The translations under genes were made by a program, and so were the position numbers. A stretch of 57,650 bases of DNA. It comes from an uncultured bacterium. Lineage in GTDB: Bacteria; Deinococcota; Deinococci; Deinococcales; Trueperaceae. Positions within the stretch are counted from its first letter, which is position 1. Each line of letters opens with the position of its first letter. The stretch is from positions 1 through 57,650 of the forward strand of contig CAZVCT010000003.1 of NCBI GenBank assembly GCA_964625655.1, read 5' to 3'. Of this stretch, positions 1-9,735 are shown in pieces. Below the pieces are notes generated by a model. The model had not been told where the DNA came from and searched no databases. It was given only the letters and a program-made list of their open reading frames with translations.

Positions 1-378
1 GGCGCCCGTGTCCTCGATCTGCTGCACCACGGTCTTCCACGCCTGCTCGTTGCTGCTCACCATGGCGCTGACGATCACGGCGCGGTCGGGCCAGAGGCGC
101 TTGACCTCGCGGATCTCCTTCAGGTTCACCTCGATGGGCCTGTCCGAGATCAGCTCTACGTTGTTGATGGCCACCAGGCGGTGGCGGCCGTACTCGAAGG
201 CGCCGTAGCGGTTGCAGACGTTCAGCACCGGGTCGCCGATCGTCTTCCAGACGGCGCCGCCCCAGCCGTACTCGAACGCCTTGTTGATCTGGTACGCCGA
301 GTTCGTCGGGGGTGCCGAGGCGAGCCAGAACGGGTTCGGGCTGGTGATCCCTGCGAAGTTGGTCGTCAGGTCAGCCAT
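1..378 (-). CDS. preA: Dihydropyrimidine dehydrogenase subunit PreA (dihydroorotate-dehydrogenase-like), N-terminal 126 codons; the gene runs off the window edge
   Basis: My own minus-strand translation from ATG 378 gives MADLTTNFAGITSPNPFWLASAPPTNSAYQINKAFEYGWGGAVWKTIGDP..., the conserved PreA N-terminus. The frame stays open to position 1. The start overlaps the preT stop (ATGGCTGA). Confidence 0.8.
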   Translation of the reverse strand, partial: MADLTTNFAGITSPNPFWLASAPPTNSAYQINKAFEYGWGGAVWKTIGDPVLNVCNRYGAFEYGRHRLVAINNVELISDRPIEVNLKEIREVKRLWPDRAVIVSAMVSSNEQAWKTVVQQIEDTGA

Positions 379-1807
379 GGATGCTCCTGAAGTTGTTCGT
401 GGTGCCGTGCATGTACCTCCCCCGCGTGGCGCCGGGGTCGCGCCGCACTTCCTCGACGCCCAGCTGCGCCGCGATGGCGCGCGCCGCGATCTTGCCGTCC
501 TCGGCTGCCGTCACCGTCAGGGCGTGGCCCGTCAGGCGCACGCAGTCGCCGGCGGCGAACACCTTCGGGTGGCTCGTGCGCAGCGCCTCGTCGACCTTCA
601 CGTAGCCGCCGATGCTCTCGATGCCGAAGGCGGCGAACAGCGCCGCCAGCTTCTCCTGCCCGATCGCCTTGATGACCTGGTCGGCGGGCAGCACGAACTC
701 GCTGCCGGGTACGGGCTCGGGGCGGCGCCTGCCGCCCTCGTCGGGCTCGCCCAGCGCCATGCGCACGCAGCGCACGCCCATCACGTGGCCCGCCTCGTCG
801 CCCAGGATCTCGATGGGCTGCGTCAGGAGGCGGATGTCGACCCCCTCGTTGCGCACGAACGCCACCTCGAAGTCGTAGGCGGTCATCTCGGCGCGGCTCC
901 TGCGGTAGAGCATGGTGACGCGCTCGGCGCCCAGGCGCTTGGCGACGGTGGCGGCGTCGACGGCCGTGTTGCCGGCGCCCACCACGATCACCTCGTTGCC
1001 GACCGGGATGTTCAGCAGGCCCTCTTTCCCGTCCTTGTCGGCCAGCTTGGTGGCGGCGATGAACGGCAGCGCGTCGATGACGCCGTGCAGCTCCTCGCCG
1101 GGCACGTTCAGCCGCGGCACGGGGCCGGTGCCGGCAGCGATCAGCACGGCGTCGTACCCCTCGATCAGCTCCTGGGGGCTGACGTCGACGCCCACCTCGA
1201 CGCCCGTGACGACGTCGACGCCCAGGCTCTTGATGAACTCGACCTCTTCCAGCGCCACCTGGGTGGGCTCGCGCATGACGACGATGCCGTAGGTGGAGAG
1301 GCCGCCCGCCAGCTCGTGGCGCTCGAAGACGGTGGCCTTGATGCCGCGCTTCGCCAGCTCGCCCGCGGCGCTGAGGCCGGCCGGGCCCGCACCCACGACG
1401 GCGACGCGCTTGCCCGTGTCGGGGGCGGGCTCGAAGACCTGCGCGCCCGTCTCGAAGACGTGGTCGGTGGCGTAGCGCTGCAGGCGGCCGATGGCGATGG
1501 GCCGGTGCTCGGCGCCCAGCACGCAGGCGCCCACGCACAGCTCGTCGACGGGGCAGACGCGCCCGCAGCTGTGGCCCATCAGGTTCGATTCCAGGATGGT
1601 GGTGGCGGCCCCCAGCAGGTTGTCGTTGGCGATCTGCCGGATGAAGGTGGGGACGTCGATCTCGGTGGGGCACGCCTGGATGCAGGGGGCGTCGAAGCAG
1701 TAGAGGCAGCGGTCCGCCTCGACGGTCGCCTCGTTCTTCGTGTAGCGCGGGTACGTCTCGCTGAACGAGTCGGCCAGCTCGGAGAGGGTCAGCTCGTGGG
1801 CGGCCAT
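371..1807 (-). CDS. preT: NAD(P)-dependent dihydropyrimidine dehydrogenase subunit PreT (glutamate-synthase small-subunit-like Fe-S flavoprotein)
   Basis: Track ORF 371..1837. I moved the start to ATG 1807 (MAAHELTL), which forms an ATGA overlap with the mmsA stop. Cys clusters CLYCFDAPCIQACP and CGRVCPVDELCVGAC. Two dinucleotide folds, VAVVGAGPAGLSAA and VVGAGNTAVD. Confidence 0.8.
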   Translation of the reverse strand: MAAHELTLSELADSFSETYPRYTKNEATVEADRCLYCFDAPCIQACPTEIDVPTFIRQIANDNLLGAATTILESNLMGHSCGRVCPVDELCVGACVLGAEHRPIAIGRLQRYATDHVFETGAQVFEPAPDTGKRVAVVGAGPAGLSAAGELAKRGIKATVFERHELAGGLSTYGIVVMREPTQVALEEVEFIKSLGVDVVTGVEVGVDVSPQELIEGYDAVLIAAGTGPVPRLNVPGEELHGVIDALPFIAATKLADKDGKEGLLNIPVGNEVIVVGAGNTAVDAATVAKRLGAERVTMLYRRSRAEMTAYDFEVAFVRNEGVDIRLLTQPIEILGDEAGHVMGVRCVRMALGEPDEGGRRRPEPVPGSEFVLPADQVIKAIGQEKLAALFAAFGIESIGGYVKVDEALRTSHPKVFAAGDCVRLTGHALTVTAAEDGKIAARAIAAQLGVEEVRRDPGATRGRYMHGTTNNFRSIHG

Positions 1808-3291
1808 CAGAACGTCCGACTCCAGGTCTGGGGCCACCTTTCGACCACGACCTTCGTCTGGGTGTAGAACTCGATGCCGTGCGCGCCCTGGGCGTGCAGG
1901 TCGCCGAAGAAGCTGTCGGACCAGCCGCTGAACGGGAAGAACGCCATCGGCGCGGCCACGCCCAGGTTGATGCCGATGTTGCCGGCGATGGCCTTGTGGC
2001 GGAACTCGCGCGCCGCGGCGCCCGAGCTGGTGAAGAGCGACGCCTGGTTGCCGAAGGCGCGGTCGTTGACCATCTGGATCGCCTCCTCGAGCGTGCGGGC
2101 GTGCATCAGCGACAGGACGGGCCCGAACACCTCGGTGTCGGCGAGCGTGCTGCCGGGCGTCACCTCGTCGACGATCGTGGGGTGCACGAAGTAGCCGTCG
2201 GCGAAGCCGTCGACCTCCTTCTCGCGGCCGTCCACCAGCACGCGGGCGCCCTCGCTGAGGCCCTTGTCGACGAGCGAGCGGATGCGCTCGCGCGAGTCGC
2301 GGGTGATGACGGGGCCCATCTCGACGCCGTCCTCGAGGCCGTAACCCACCTTGCGCTGCTCGGCGGCCGCCACCATGCGGTCAGTGAACTCGGCTCGGGC
2401 ATCGCCCACGGTGATGGCCACCGAGGTGGCCAGGCAGCGCTGGCCGGCGCAGCCGAACGCCGAGTCGGTGAGGATGCGCGAGGTCATCTCCATGTCGGCG
2501 TCGGGGAGCACCACGGCGGGGTTCTTGGCGCCGCCCTGCGCCTGGGCGCGCTTGCCGTTGGCGGCCGCGCGCGAGTAGATGTAGCGCGCCACCGGGGTGG
2601 AGCCCACGAACGAGACGGCCTTCACGTCGGGGTGGTCGAGGATGGCGTCGACCGTCTCCTTGCCGCCGTTCACCAAGCCCACCACGCCGGGCGGGAAGCC
2701 CGCCTCCTCCAGCAGCTTGTACAGCAGCTGGGTGGTCATGGGCACGCGCTCGGACGGCTTCAGCAGGAAGCAGTTGCCGGTGGCAACGGCGTACGGCAGG
2801 AACCAGAGCGGGATCATGCCCGGGAAGTTGAACGGCGTGATGGCCGCCACCACGCCCAGCGGCTGGCGGATCATGTGCTCGTCGATGCCGCGCGCGATGT
2901 CCTCGTTGTTGCTGCCCTGCATCATGTAGGGCGCGCCGCACGCCACCTCGACGTTCTCGATGCCGCGCTGCATCTCGCCCATCGACTCGCCGAACGTCTT
3001 GCCCGCCTCGTTCGTGATGGTGCGCGCCAGCTCCTCGAGGTTGTCGTTCAGCAGCTGCCGCAGCTTGAAGAGGGGCTTGATGCGGTCGACGACCGGCGTC
3101 TCGCGCCACTCCCGGAAGGCGCGCACGCCGGCCTGCACGGCCGCGTCGACCTCGTCTGCCGGGCTGAGGGGCACCACCGCCATCGTCTCGCCCGTCGCCG
3201 GGTTGCGGACTTCCTGCCGGGCGGAGGCGCCGGAACGCTGCCACTCCCCGCCCACGTAGTTGAGAAGTTCCTGCGCCGCTGATTCGATCAT
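1807..3291 (-). CDS. mmsA: CoA-acylating (methyl)malonate-semialdehyde dehydrogenase
   Basis: Track ORF 1807..3405. Start set at ATG 3291 ([17 protein letters not shown]), preceded by AAGGCGGTGG. Aldehyde dehydrogenase family with the [11 protein letters not shown] and [11 protein letters not shown] catalytic Cys region typical of MMSDH. The context next to preTA fits pyrimidine/beta-alanine catabolism. Confidence 0.8.
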   Translation of the reverse strand: MIESAAQELLNYVGGEWQRSGASARQEVRNPATGETMAVVPLSPADEVDAAVQAGVRAFREWRETPVVDRIKPLFKLRQLLNDNLEELARTITNEAGKTFGESMGEMQRGIENVEVACGAPYMMQGSNNEDIARGIDEHMIRQPLGVVAAITPFNFPGMIPLWFLPYAVATGNCFLLKPSERVPMTTQLLYKLLEEAGFPPGVVGLVNGGKETVDAILDHPDVKAVSFVGSTPVARYIYSRAAANGKRAQAQGGAKNPAVVLPDADMEMTSRILTDSAFGCAGQRCLATSVAITVGDARAEFTDRMVAAAEQRKVGYGLEDGVEMGPVITRDSRERIRSLVDKGLSEGARVLVDGREKEVDGFADGYFVHPTIVDEVTPGSTLADTEVFGPVLSLMHARTLEEAIQMVNDRAFGNQASLFTSSGAAAREFRHKAIAGNIGINLGVAAPMAFFPFSGWSDSFFGDLHAQGAHGIEFYTQTKVVVERWPQTWSRTF

Positions 3292-3480
3292 CGAGCCACC
3301 GCCTTCGGGAAGATATGGAGGATCCCGGCCGCTGGACCGGTCGCCATTTGAAGATGCGGGCATTGTACGCACTCCCGGAGGGCGAATCAAAGGAGCTGAC
3401 GTCACGAAGGGTCCAGACCCGGCAAGTACACGCGTGGCTCCTTCAGCTCGGGCGGCGCCGCGGCGTGGTTACATGGAGGC

Positions 3481-4695
3481 ATGGAAAAAGACAGGCCCGG
3501 GCGCTCGCTCGCCACCCTGGCCGTGCACGCCGGGCAGGGGCACGACCCCGCCACCGGCGCGCACGCCACGCCCATCTACCAGACCAGCACGTTCGTCCTG
3601 GGCGACGTCGCACGCGGCGCCGCCCTCTTCGCCGGCGAGGAGCCCGGCAACGTCTACAGCCGCATCGGCAACCCGACGGTCGCGGCCGTCGAGGCCAAGC
3701 TGGCCGAGCTCGAGGGCGCCGAGGGGGCGGTAGCGTTCGCCTCCGGCATGGGCGCCTCGGCGGCCGTGCTGCTGAGCCTCCTGAAGAGCGGCGACGAGGT
3801 CCTGATCCTCGGCCCCATCTACGGCGGCACCCGCGGCCTGCTCGACGAGATGCTGCCGCGCTTCGGCGTCACCGCGCGCGCCGTCTCCGACGCCGAGCTG
3901 GAAGGGGCGGTGGGCGAGAAGACGCGCATGATCTACGTCGAGAGCCCCACCAACCCGAACCTGACGATCCACGACCTGGCGCACGCCGCCGCCGTGGCGC
4001 GCAAGCACGGCCTGATCAGCGTGGCCGACGGCACCTTCGCCACTCCGTTCCTGACGCGGCCGCTGGAGCACGGCATAGACCTGGTGCTGCACTCGGCCAC
4101 CAAGTACCTGGGCGGCCACGGCGACCTGCTGGGCGGCATCGTGGCCGGGCGCCTGGAACTGCTCGAGCCGATCCGCATGGAGGGCCTGCGCCACCTGGGC
4201 GCCACCATGGACCCGCACGTCGCCTTCCTGCTGCTGCGCGGCATGAAGACGCTGCACCTGCGCATGCAGGCGCACTGCGACAACGCCCGCGCCGTCGCCG
4301 AGGCACTGGTGGGGCTGCCGGGCGTGAAGAGCGTCCTCTACCCGGGCCTGCCCCAGCACCCGCTGCACGAGGTGGCGGCCAGGCAGATGGACGGCTTCGG
4401 CGGCATGGTCTCCGTCGAGTTCGAGGGCGGCCGGCCGGCGGCCGCGGCGTTCCTCGAGTCGCTGCAGCTGTTCGACCACGCCGTCTCGCTGGGCGACGTG
4501 GCCTCGCTCGCCTGCCACCCCGCCTCGACCACCCACCAGCTGCTGCCGGTAGAGGTGCTGGAGGCGGACGGCGTCACCGAGGGGCTGGTGCGCCTGTCCG
4601 TGGGCATCGAGGACGCCGAAGACCTCGTGGAAGACGTGCGGCGCGCGGCGCGGGCCGCGGCGAACGCTGCGGTAGGAGCGACGGCGGGCAGCTGA
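3481..4695 (+). CDS. Cys/Met-metabolism PLP-dependent enzyme (methionine gamma-lyase / cystathionine gamma-synthase family)
   Basis: 404 aa. Motifs YSRIGNPT, SATKYLGGHGD (PLP lysine) and RLSVGIED. The exact reaction cannot be assigned from sequence alone. Confidence 0.8.
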   Translation: MEKDRPGRSLATLAVHAGQGHDPATGAHATPIYQTSTFVLGDVARGAALFAGEEPGNVYSRIGNPTVAAVEAKLAELEGAEGAVAFASGMGASAAVLLSLLKSGDEVLILGPIYGGTRGLLDEMLPRFGVTARAVSDAELEGAVGEKTRMIYVESPTNPNLTIHDLAHAAAVARKHGLISVADGTFATPFLTRPLEHGIDLVLHSATKYLGGHGDLLGGIVAGRLELLEPIRMEGLRHLGATMDPHVAFLLLRGMKTLHLRMQAHCDNARAVAEALVGLPGVKSVLYPGLPQHPLHEVAARQMDGFGGMVSVEFEGGRPAAAAFLESLQLFDHAVSLGDVASLACHPASTTHQLLPVEVLEADGVTEGLVRLSVGIEDAEDLVEDVRRAARAAANAAVGATAGS

Positions 4696-4759
4696 GCGTA
4701 AAGGCGGCCTTGGAGCCGGCAGCCGGGGGCGGAGCGCTGTCCCCGCCCCAGCCCTTCTC

Positions 4760-7700
4760 TTAGGGCGAGACCTCTTCCCCACGTAGCTGACGACGCAGGC
4801 GCTCGTCGGCCGCCCGCCGCGCCTCCGCGCTGCGATCGAAGAGCTGCAGCTCGGCCCCCTCGTTCTCCTCGACGCGCGCCCAGTCGCGGGCGCGCTCGAA
4901 GGCGGCCGCCGCTTCGTCGTGCCGGCCTTCCAGCATGAGGGCCTCGCCCAGTTCCGAAGCGGCGCTGCGGGCGCCGTAGGCGTAGCCGATCGACTCGGAC
5001 ACCTCCAGCGCCTCGTGGGCGTAACGCATCACCTCGTCCGTTCCCACCAGCTGCGCCGTGCGCGCCAGGTTGGCGAGGCTCGCGAGCGAGATGGCCAGGC
5101 CGGTGGCGTGCCGCACCGCCCGGTAGTTCTCCACCGCCTCCGTCAACGCCTCGAACGCCTCGTTGGGGCGTTCCAGCAGCGACAGCACGATGGCGACGTT
5201 GCCGCGCGCCTGCGCCTCGCCCACCGCTTCGCCCAGCTCGCGCCGCATGCGGGCGGCCGCGTGGAAGGCCTCGAGCGCCTCCTCGAGCCTGTCGGCGGTG
5301 CCGGCCACCACGCCGGCCGTGTTCCAGGCCATGGCGGCGGTGTCGCCGGGTGAGTGCGGCTCCAGCAGCTCCAGCGCCTCCGCGATCTTGGCCGCGGCCT
5401 CGGCGTGCCGTTGGCGCTGCGCGAGGAAGAGGGCCACGGCGTCGGCCACCCAGCCGCGCAGTTCCGTGTCGGGCGCTTCGGCCAGGCTCGCCTCGGCCTC
5501 CCGGAACAGCTCCAGCCCCTCGCGGGAACGGCCGCGGACGTCGTGGTAGCCGCGCAGCAGGCGCGCCAGCGGCCACGCCAGCCGGGCGTCGCGGCGCTCC
5601 AGCGCGTAGCTCCACGCCACGAGCAGGTTGGGGCGTTCGACGTCGGTGAGGCGGTAGCCGCGCGCGCTGCGCTCGGTGTCGTCCAGCGAGTTGATCGTGT
5701 CCGCCAGCTCCGCGTAGGTGCGGGCCACCCGCGCGCGGGCGCCCTCCGGCTCCTCGAGACCCGACCGGTAGCGCTCGGCGATGGCCGCGTGGACCGTGTA
5801 GCGGTTCCCCTCGCGCCGTATCAGCGTGCGCTCGAGCAGCGCCAGCAGGAAGAAGGGGGAGGCGCCCGCGGCGGAACGAGCCGCCTCGGCGGTGAAGCCG
5901 CCGGGGATGAGCGCCAGGGTGCCCAGCGCCTCGCGCTCGTCGACGCTCATCAGGTCGCGGGTGACGTCGATGAAGCGGGCCGTGCGCGGTTGCAGCCCGG
6001 GCGCGTCCGCCAGCAGCTCGGGGCGGGCGTCCAGCTGCTCGCCCAGCTCCTCGGGGCTCAGTGCGCGCGTCCAGGCGGCCGCCATCTCGATGGCGAGGGG
6101 CGTCGGGCCGACCTTCTCGACGAGCGCCTCCAGTTCCTCGGCGGGCGAATCCACGAGGGCGCCCACGCGCTCCATGCCGCGCCGCAGCAGCTCGGCCGCG
6201 GCGGCGGCGCTCAGCTCCGGCACCGCCACCACGCGCTCGCGGGCCAGGCGCAGCGGCATGCGCGAGGTGGCCAGCAGCTGCACGCCCGGGGCGGCATCCA
6301 GCAGCTCTTCCAGGACGCCCGCCTCGTCGGCGATGCCGTCCACCTCGTCGAGCACGAAGCGGACGCGCGCGTCGCCCAGGACGGCGCCCAGCTCTGCCAC
6401 GTCGTCGGGGGGCGGCAGGCCCAGCTCCTGCGCGATCAGGCCGGGCAGGGCGGCCGCGTCGCGCACGGCCCTCAGGTCGATCCAGTGGGTGCCTTCCACC
6501 TCGTGCGCCAGTTCCAGGGCCAGCTGGGCGGCCAGGCGCGACTTGCCGATGCCGCCGGGCCCCACCAGCAGCGCCAGTTGCGCACCGCGGACGGCCTGCA
6601 CGGCGCCCGTCAGCCAGCGGTTGCGGCCCACGAGCGGCGTGCCCCACTCCGGAAGGGTGGGCGGCGCCGCCGCCTCGTGCGTCCCGCGCGCCAACTCGCG
6701 GATGCGCTGGGGCTCGGCGCTCACGAGCGCCGGCCCGCGTTTCAGGCCCCCCTCGGCGGCGAGGCGACCCACGAGGCCGCCGATCCGAGCCGGCAGGCCA
6801 CCTCCCTCCTCGGCGAGCGCGGTCACGGTGTCGCCGTCGACCGACGCGCCCAGCGCGCCGGCCAGCCAGTTCCCTACCTGCGTTGGGGTCAGGGGGCTCA
6901 GCTCCACCTTCTGGTTGCCGTGGAAGGCAGGCGCCTCGCCGTCCGGCACGACCTCGACGAGCTTCACGCCCCCCTTGCGCAGGCGCTCGGCCAGCAGGCG
7001 GCGGCTGCCCGGGTCGAGCCAGCGGCCGCCCTCCAGCAGCATCACCAGCCCGTGCCCCTCGGCGTCGTAGGCGAGGCGTTCCGCGACCTCCGCTTCGCTG
7101 GGATCGGGCGGCAGCAGGTCGCCGTACGCCTGCTCCATGGCCCGCAGGTAGACGCCGTGGTTCGGCGCGGTGGCCGCCACGGCGCGCACGGCCCGGCCGG
7201 CGATGCGCCCCCGCACGCCCACCTCGTGGAGGAAGCGCGTGAAGCCTGCGCCGGCCGCCCCCGTCAGATGCAGCACGCGCTCGTCGGCGCTGGTGGCGGT
7301 GGCGGCCAGGAACGCGTCGAGGCGGGCGAGCTGGTCGTCGCGGCCCACCAGCCGCGTATCGCGCAGCGCGCCCCCCTCGGCGGCCACGGGCGTGTCGGCC
7401 GCCACGACCGTGTTCCGCCCGGCGCGCTTCGCCAGGTAGAGGCGCGCGTCCGCACGTTCGAACAGGTCGTCGAAGCTCGCCTTGGCGCCGGGCTCGTCGG
7501 TGGCGGCCACGCCGACGCTGACGTTGACGTTCACCCACACCGCGGCCTCGACGGGGTTCGCGGTCACCTGGTCGCGCACGCGCCGCAGCACGCTCTCGGC
7601 TTCGGTGTGGGTGGTGCCCGGCAGGGTGATCACGAACTCGTCGCCGCCGTACCGGAACAGCTTGTCGACCGAGCGGAGCACCTTCGCCGCGCGCTCCGCC

Positions 7701-7894
7701 ACGGCCGCCAGGGCGGCGTCGCCCGTCGCGTGGCCGTAGACGTCGTTCAGGGTCTTCAGGTGGTCCAGGTCGAGCACCGCGAGCGCGAAGTGGGCGCCGC
7801 TGCGGTCGTGATCCAGGACGAGCGCGTCCACCGTCGGCGCCAGGCCCGCCCGTTGCAGGGCGCCCGTCAGGTCGTCGATGGGCAGGTTCTCCAT
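4760..7894 (-). CDS. Diguanylate cyclase (GGDEF) fused to two STAND/AAA ATPase modules and C-terminal TPR-like repeats
   Basis: Track ORF 4760..7963. Start set at ATG 7894 (MENLPIDDL), 7 nt behind TAGACT. GGDEF domain: DLDHLKTLND, I-site RSVD five residues before RYGGDEF. First P-loop is degenerate (LTGAAGAGFT). Second is intact (VGPGGIGKS, Walker B FVLDEVD, NB-ARC-like). The C-terminal ~400 aa are helical repeats. Confidence 0.85.
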   Translation of the reverse strand: MENLPIDDLTGALQRAGLAPTVDALVLDHDRSGAHFALAVLDLDHLKTLNDVYGHATGDAALAAVAERAAKVLRSVDKLFRYGGDEFVITLPGTTHTEAESVLRRVRDQVTANPVEAAVWVNVNVSVGVAATDEPGAKASFDDLFERADARLYLAKRAGRNTVVAADTPVAAEGGALRDTRLVGRDDQLARLDAFLAATATSADERVLHLTGAAGAGFTRFLHEVGVRGRIAGRAVRAVAATAPNHGVYLRAMEQAYGDLLPPDPSEAEVAERLAYDAEGHGLVMLLEGGRWLDPGSRRLLAERLRKGGVKLVEVVPDGEAPAFHGNQKVELSPLTPTQVGNWLAGALGASVDGDTVTALAEEGGGLPARIGGLVGRLAAEGGLKRGPALVSAEPQRIRELARGTHEAAAPPTLPEWGTPLVGRNRWLTGAVQAVRGAQLALLVGPGGIGKSRLAAQLALELAHEVEGTHWIDLRAVRDAAALPGLIAQELGLPPPDDVAELGAVLGDARVRFVLDEVDGIADEAGVLEELLDAAPGVQLLATSRMPLRLARERVVAVPELSAAAAAELLRRGMERVGALVDSPAEELEALVEKVGPTPLAIEMAAAWTRALSPEELGEQLDARPELLADAPGLQPRTARFIDVTRDLMSVDEREALGTLALIPGGFTAEAARSAAGASPFFLLALLERTLIRREGNRYTVHAAIAERYRSGLEEPEGARARVARTYAELADTINSLDDTERSARGYRLTDVERPNLLVAWSYALERRDARLAWPLARLLRGYHDVRGRSREGLELFREAEASLAEAPDTELRGWVADAVALFLAQRQRHAEAAAKIAEALELLEPHSPGDTAAMAWNTAGVVAGTADRLEEALEAFHAAARMRRELGEAVGEAQARGNVAIVLSLLERPNEAFEALTEAVENYRAVRHATGLAISLASLANLARTAQLVGTDEVMRYAHEALEVSESIGYAYGARSAASELGEALMLEGRHDEAAAAFERARDWARVEENEGAELQLFDRSAEARRAADERLRRQLRGEEVSP

Positions 7895-7901
7895 CGTGGG
7901 C

Positions 7902-7907
7902 AGTCTA
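7902..7907 (-). promoter_or_regulatory. -10 box TAGACT for a leaderless GGDEF-STAND mRNA
   Basis: Minus strand reads TAGACT-gcccacg-ATG. This is the same TANNNT-N5-7-start geometry seen at several other genes in this window. Confidence 0.45.
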
Positions 7908-7970
7908 CCCACACGTACCTGACGGGCTTCATACGCGCCCCCAGGCGCATGGTTCGAAGGCATTCACGTG

Positions 7971-8045
7971 CTCTGGGGTTCGGCGCTCTGGGGTTCGGCG
8001 CTCGGACGTTCGGCGCTCGCGTGTTCGGTGCCCGGACGTTCGGCA
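7971..8045. repeat. 15-bp tandem repeat, 5 copies
   Basis: ctctggggttcggcg / ctctggggttcggcg / ctcggacgttcggcg / ctcgcgtgttcggtg / cccggacgttcggca. Fills the gap between the stop of the upstream gene (8047) and the GGDEF-STAND promoter. Confidence 0.9.
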
Positions 8046-8046
8046 C

Positions 8047-9735
8047 TCAGACGGGCAGGATGGCCACCAGGCCCAGCAGCAGCGCCTGCGTCATCAGGGT
8101 CCAGTCGCCCACGCCCAGCGCCGCCAGCACGAGCGCGGGCAGCGCGGCCAGCATGGCAGCCACCAGCTGCGGCTCCCAGCGCGACGCCCCGGCGCCGCTC
8201 CAGCTGGCGTACTTCTCGAGCGCCAGCACCACGATGCCGATCAGCGAGACGGCGCCGATCAGGTTGCCCACCAGCGCCTCCTGGGGCGGCAACCCGCCGC
8301 CTATCAGCTCGGCCACGCCGCGCAGGGCGAACATGACCGGCAAGGTCAGCAGCGTCAGGAGCAGCAGCGCGGGCAGCGCCCGGCCCCACGCGCGCGTCAG
8401 CGGGTCGACGGGCCGCGCGCCCACCTCGAACTGCGGCCCCAGCAGCCCGCTGGCGACGCGCGCCGCGAAGAGGGCGGCGAAGAAGACGGCGAGGGCGCCA
8501 CCGAGGCCGGGGATCCCGAGAGCGGCGCCGGGGGCGGTTCCGGAACCGGCAGCGCCGAGCCCGTCAGCGTCGAGGCCTTCGGCGCCGAGCCCAGCCGTCC
8601 CGAGGCCGGCGAGCGACGGGCCGAGCCCGCTGGCGGCCAGCACCGACGCCACGGCCAGCGCCGCCACCACGAGCGTGCCCACCAGCCGCAGCAGCGGCCG
8701 GCGGTAGAGGGCCGAGGCGGTGCGCCACGCCAGCGCCAGCCACTGCGGCGAGTGCGTGCCCGGAAGCGGCAGCGAACGCCGCGGCCTGGTGGCGCCGGGG
8801 CGGTCGTGAAGCGCGTCCAGCAGGCGCCGCTTCTCGCCCTCGTCGGCCACGCGGGCTCCTAAGCCGGCCAGGCCCGACAGCACCTCGGAGGTGCGCAACG
8901 CCTGCACCTGCGTCAGCACCAGGCTCTGCGGGGCGAAGCGCGGCGGCCAGTCGTGCGCCAGGGTGCGCCGCACGCACAGGTGCGATGCCAGCGCGAGGAG
9001 CGCGGGCAGCAGCAGGACGAGCGGGCCGTCGTGCTCGAGGGCGCCCAGGGGGTCGAGCGCCGGCGGCAGCGCCGCCAGTCCACCCACCAGCAGGTGCCGC
9101 AGCGCCACCCAGAGCAGCGGCACGAACGCCACTAGCCACAAGCCGCCCAGAGCACGCCCGGCGAAGGAGCGCGCCTCGTGCTGGCCGTGGCGCGGGTGGG
9201 CCACGTAGCGCAGCCAGCGGGCGTCCAGCAGGAAGAGCGCCAGGAGCGCGAGCGCGGGGGCCGCGTACGGCACCTGCAGCCCGAACCAAGGCCCCGCCAC
9301 CAACGACCAGACCAGGCCGATCAGCACCGCTGCCACCAGGCCGCCGCCCTGCTTCACGAGGTAGCGCCACCGCATGACGCTCCAGGGACGCTGCGGGGCC
9401 AGGGCCAGCCGGTAGAGGTCGCGCCGGTCGAGGATGAAAGGGGGCGTGCGGCCGCCCAGCAGCGCCAGGCTCAGCAGCAGCACGCCGGCCGCCGCGGCGG
9501 CGACGCCCGCCGGGAACGGCAGCGGCTGCGCCAGGGGCGCCAGCGTCTCGACGCCCGCGATGGCGAAGACGACGATCCAGAAGAGCATGTAGACGATCGT
9601 CCACCAGCCGACGGCGCGGCCGATCCAGCGGCGGTACGAGTCGGCGGCGCGGCCCACCGTGCGGCGCCGCAGGTAGCCGACAGCCCCCTCGGCGGCCGCC
9701 AGGGCACCGGGCGTTCCGGTTGCGCGTTCGCTCAC
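8047..9735 (-). CDS. Polytopic membrane protein, probable permease partner of the adjacent ABC ATPase (putative ABC-exporter type)
   Basis: Track ORF 8047..10026. Start set at GTG 9735, which forms a GTGA overlap with the ATPase stop. Many hydrophobic helices. Contains an internal Gly/Leu/Ala-rich GLG repeat stretch. No recognisable catalytic motif. Confidence 0.6.
   Translation of the reverse strand: MSERATGTPGALAAAEGAVGYLRRRTVGRAADSYRRWIGRAVGWWTIVYMLFWIVVFAIAGVETLAPLAQPLPFPAGVAAAAAGVLLLSLALLGGRTPPFILDRRDLYRLALAPQRPWSVMRWRYLVKQGGGLVAAVLIGLVWSLVAGPWFGLQVPYAAPALALLALFLLDARWLRYVAHPRHGQHEARSFAGRALGGLWLVAFVPLLWVALRHLLVGGLAALPPALDPLGALEHDGPLVLLLPALLALASHLCVRRTLAHDWPPRFAPQSLVLTQVQALRTSEVLSGLAGLGARVADEGEKRRLLDALHDRPGATRPRRSLPLPGTHSPQWLALAWRTASALYRRPLLRLVGTLVVAALAVASVLAASGLGPSLAGLGTAGLGAEGLDADGLGAAGSGTAPGAALGIPGLGGALAVFFAALFAARVASGLLGPQFEVGARPVDPLTRAWGRALPALLLLTLLTLPVMFALRGVAELIGGGLPPQEALVGNLIGAVSLIGIVVLALEKYASWSGAGASRWEPQLVAAMLAALPALVLAALGVGDWTLMTQALLLGLVAILPV

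Noticed and set aside
3397-3404. TGACGTCA palindrome in the mmsA/PLP-enzyme divergent region
   Set aside because: It is a single 8-bp palindrome with no second site and no recognisable cognate regulator in the window. It could be chance.
7971-8045. CRISPR array hypothesis for the short tandem arrays (also 19959, 43767, 49723)
   Set aside because: The units are 12-15 bp and directly abutting with no spacers. There are no cas genes in the window.
5354-8707. 1117-aa plus-strand ORF antisense to the GGDEF-STAND gene; also the 1066-aa alternative-frame ORF 4338..7538
   Set aside because: The translations are Arg/Ala/Gly/Pro-rich and low in complexity, with no motifs. Long shadow ORFs of this kind are typical of high-GC DNA. 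The minus-strand frame 4760..7894 has clear domain motifs.
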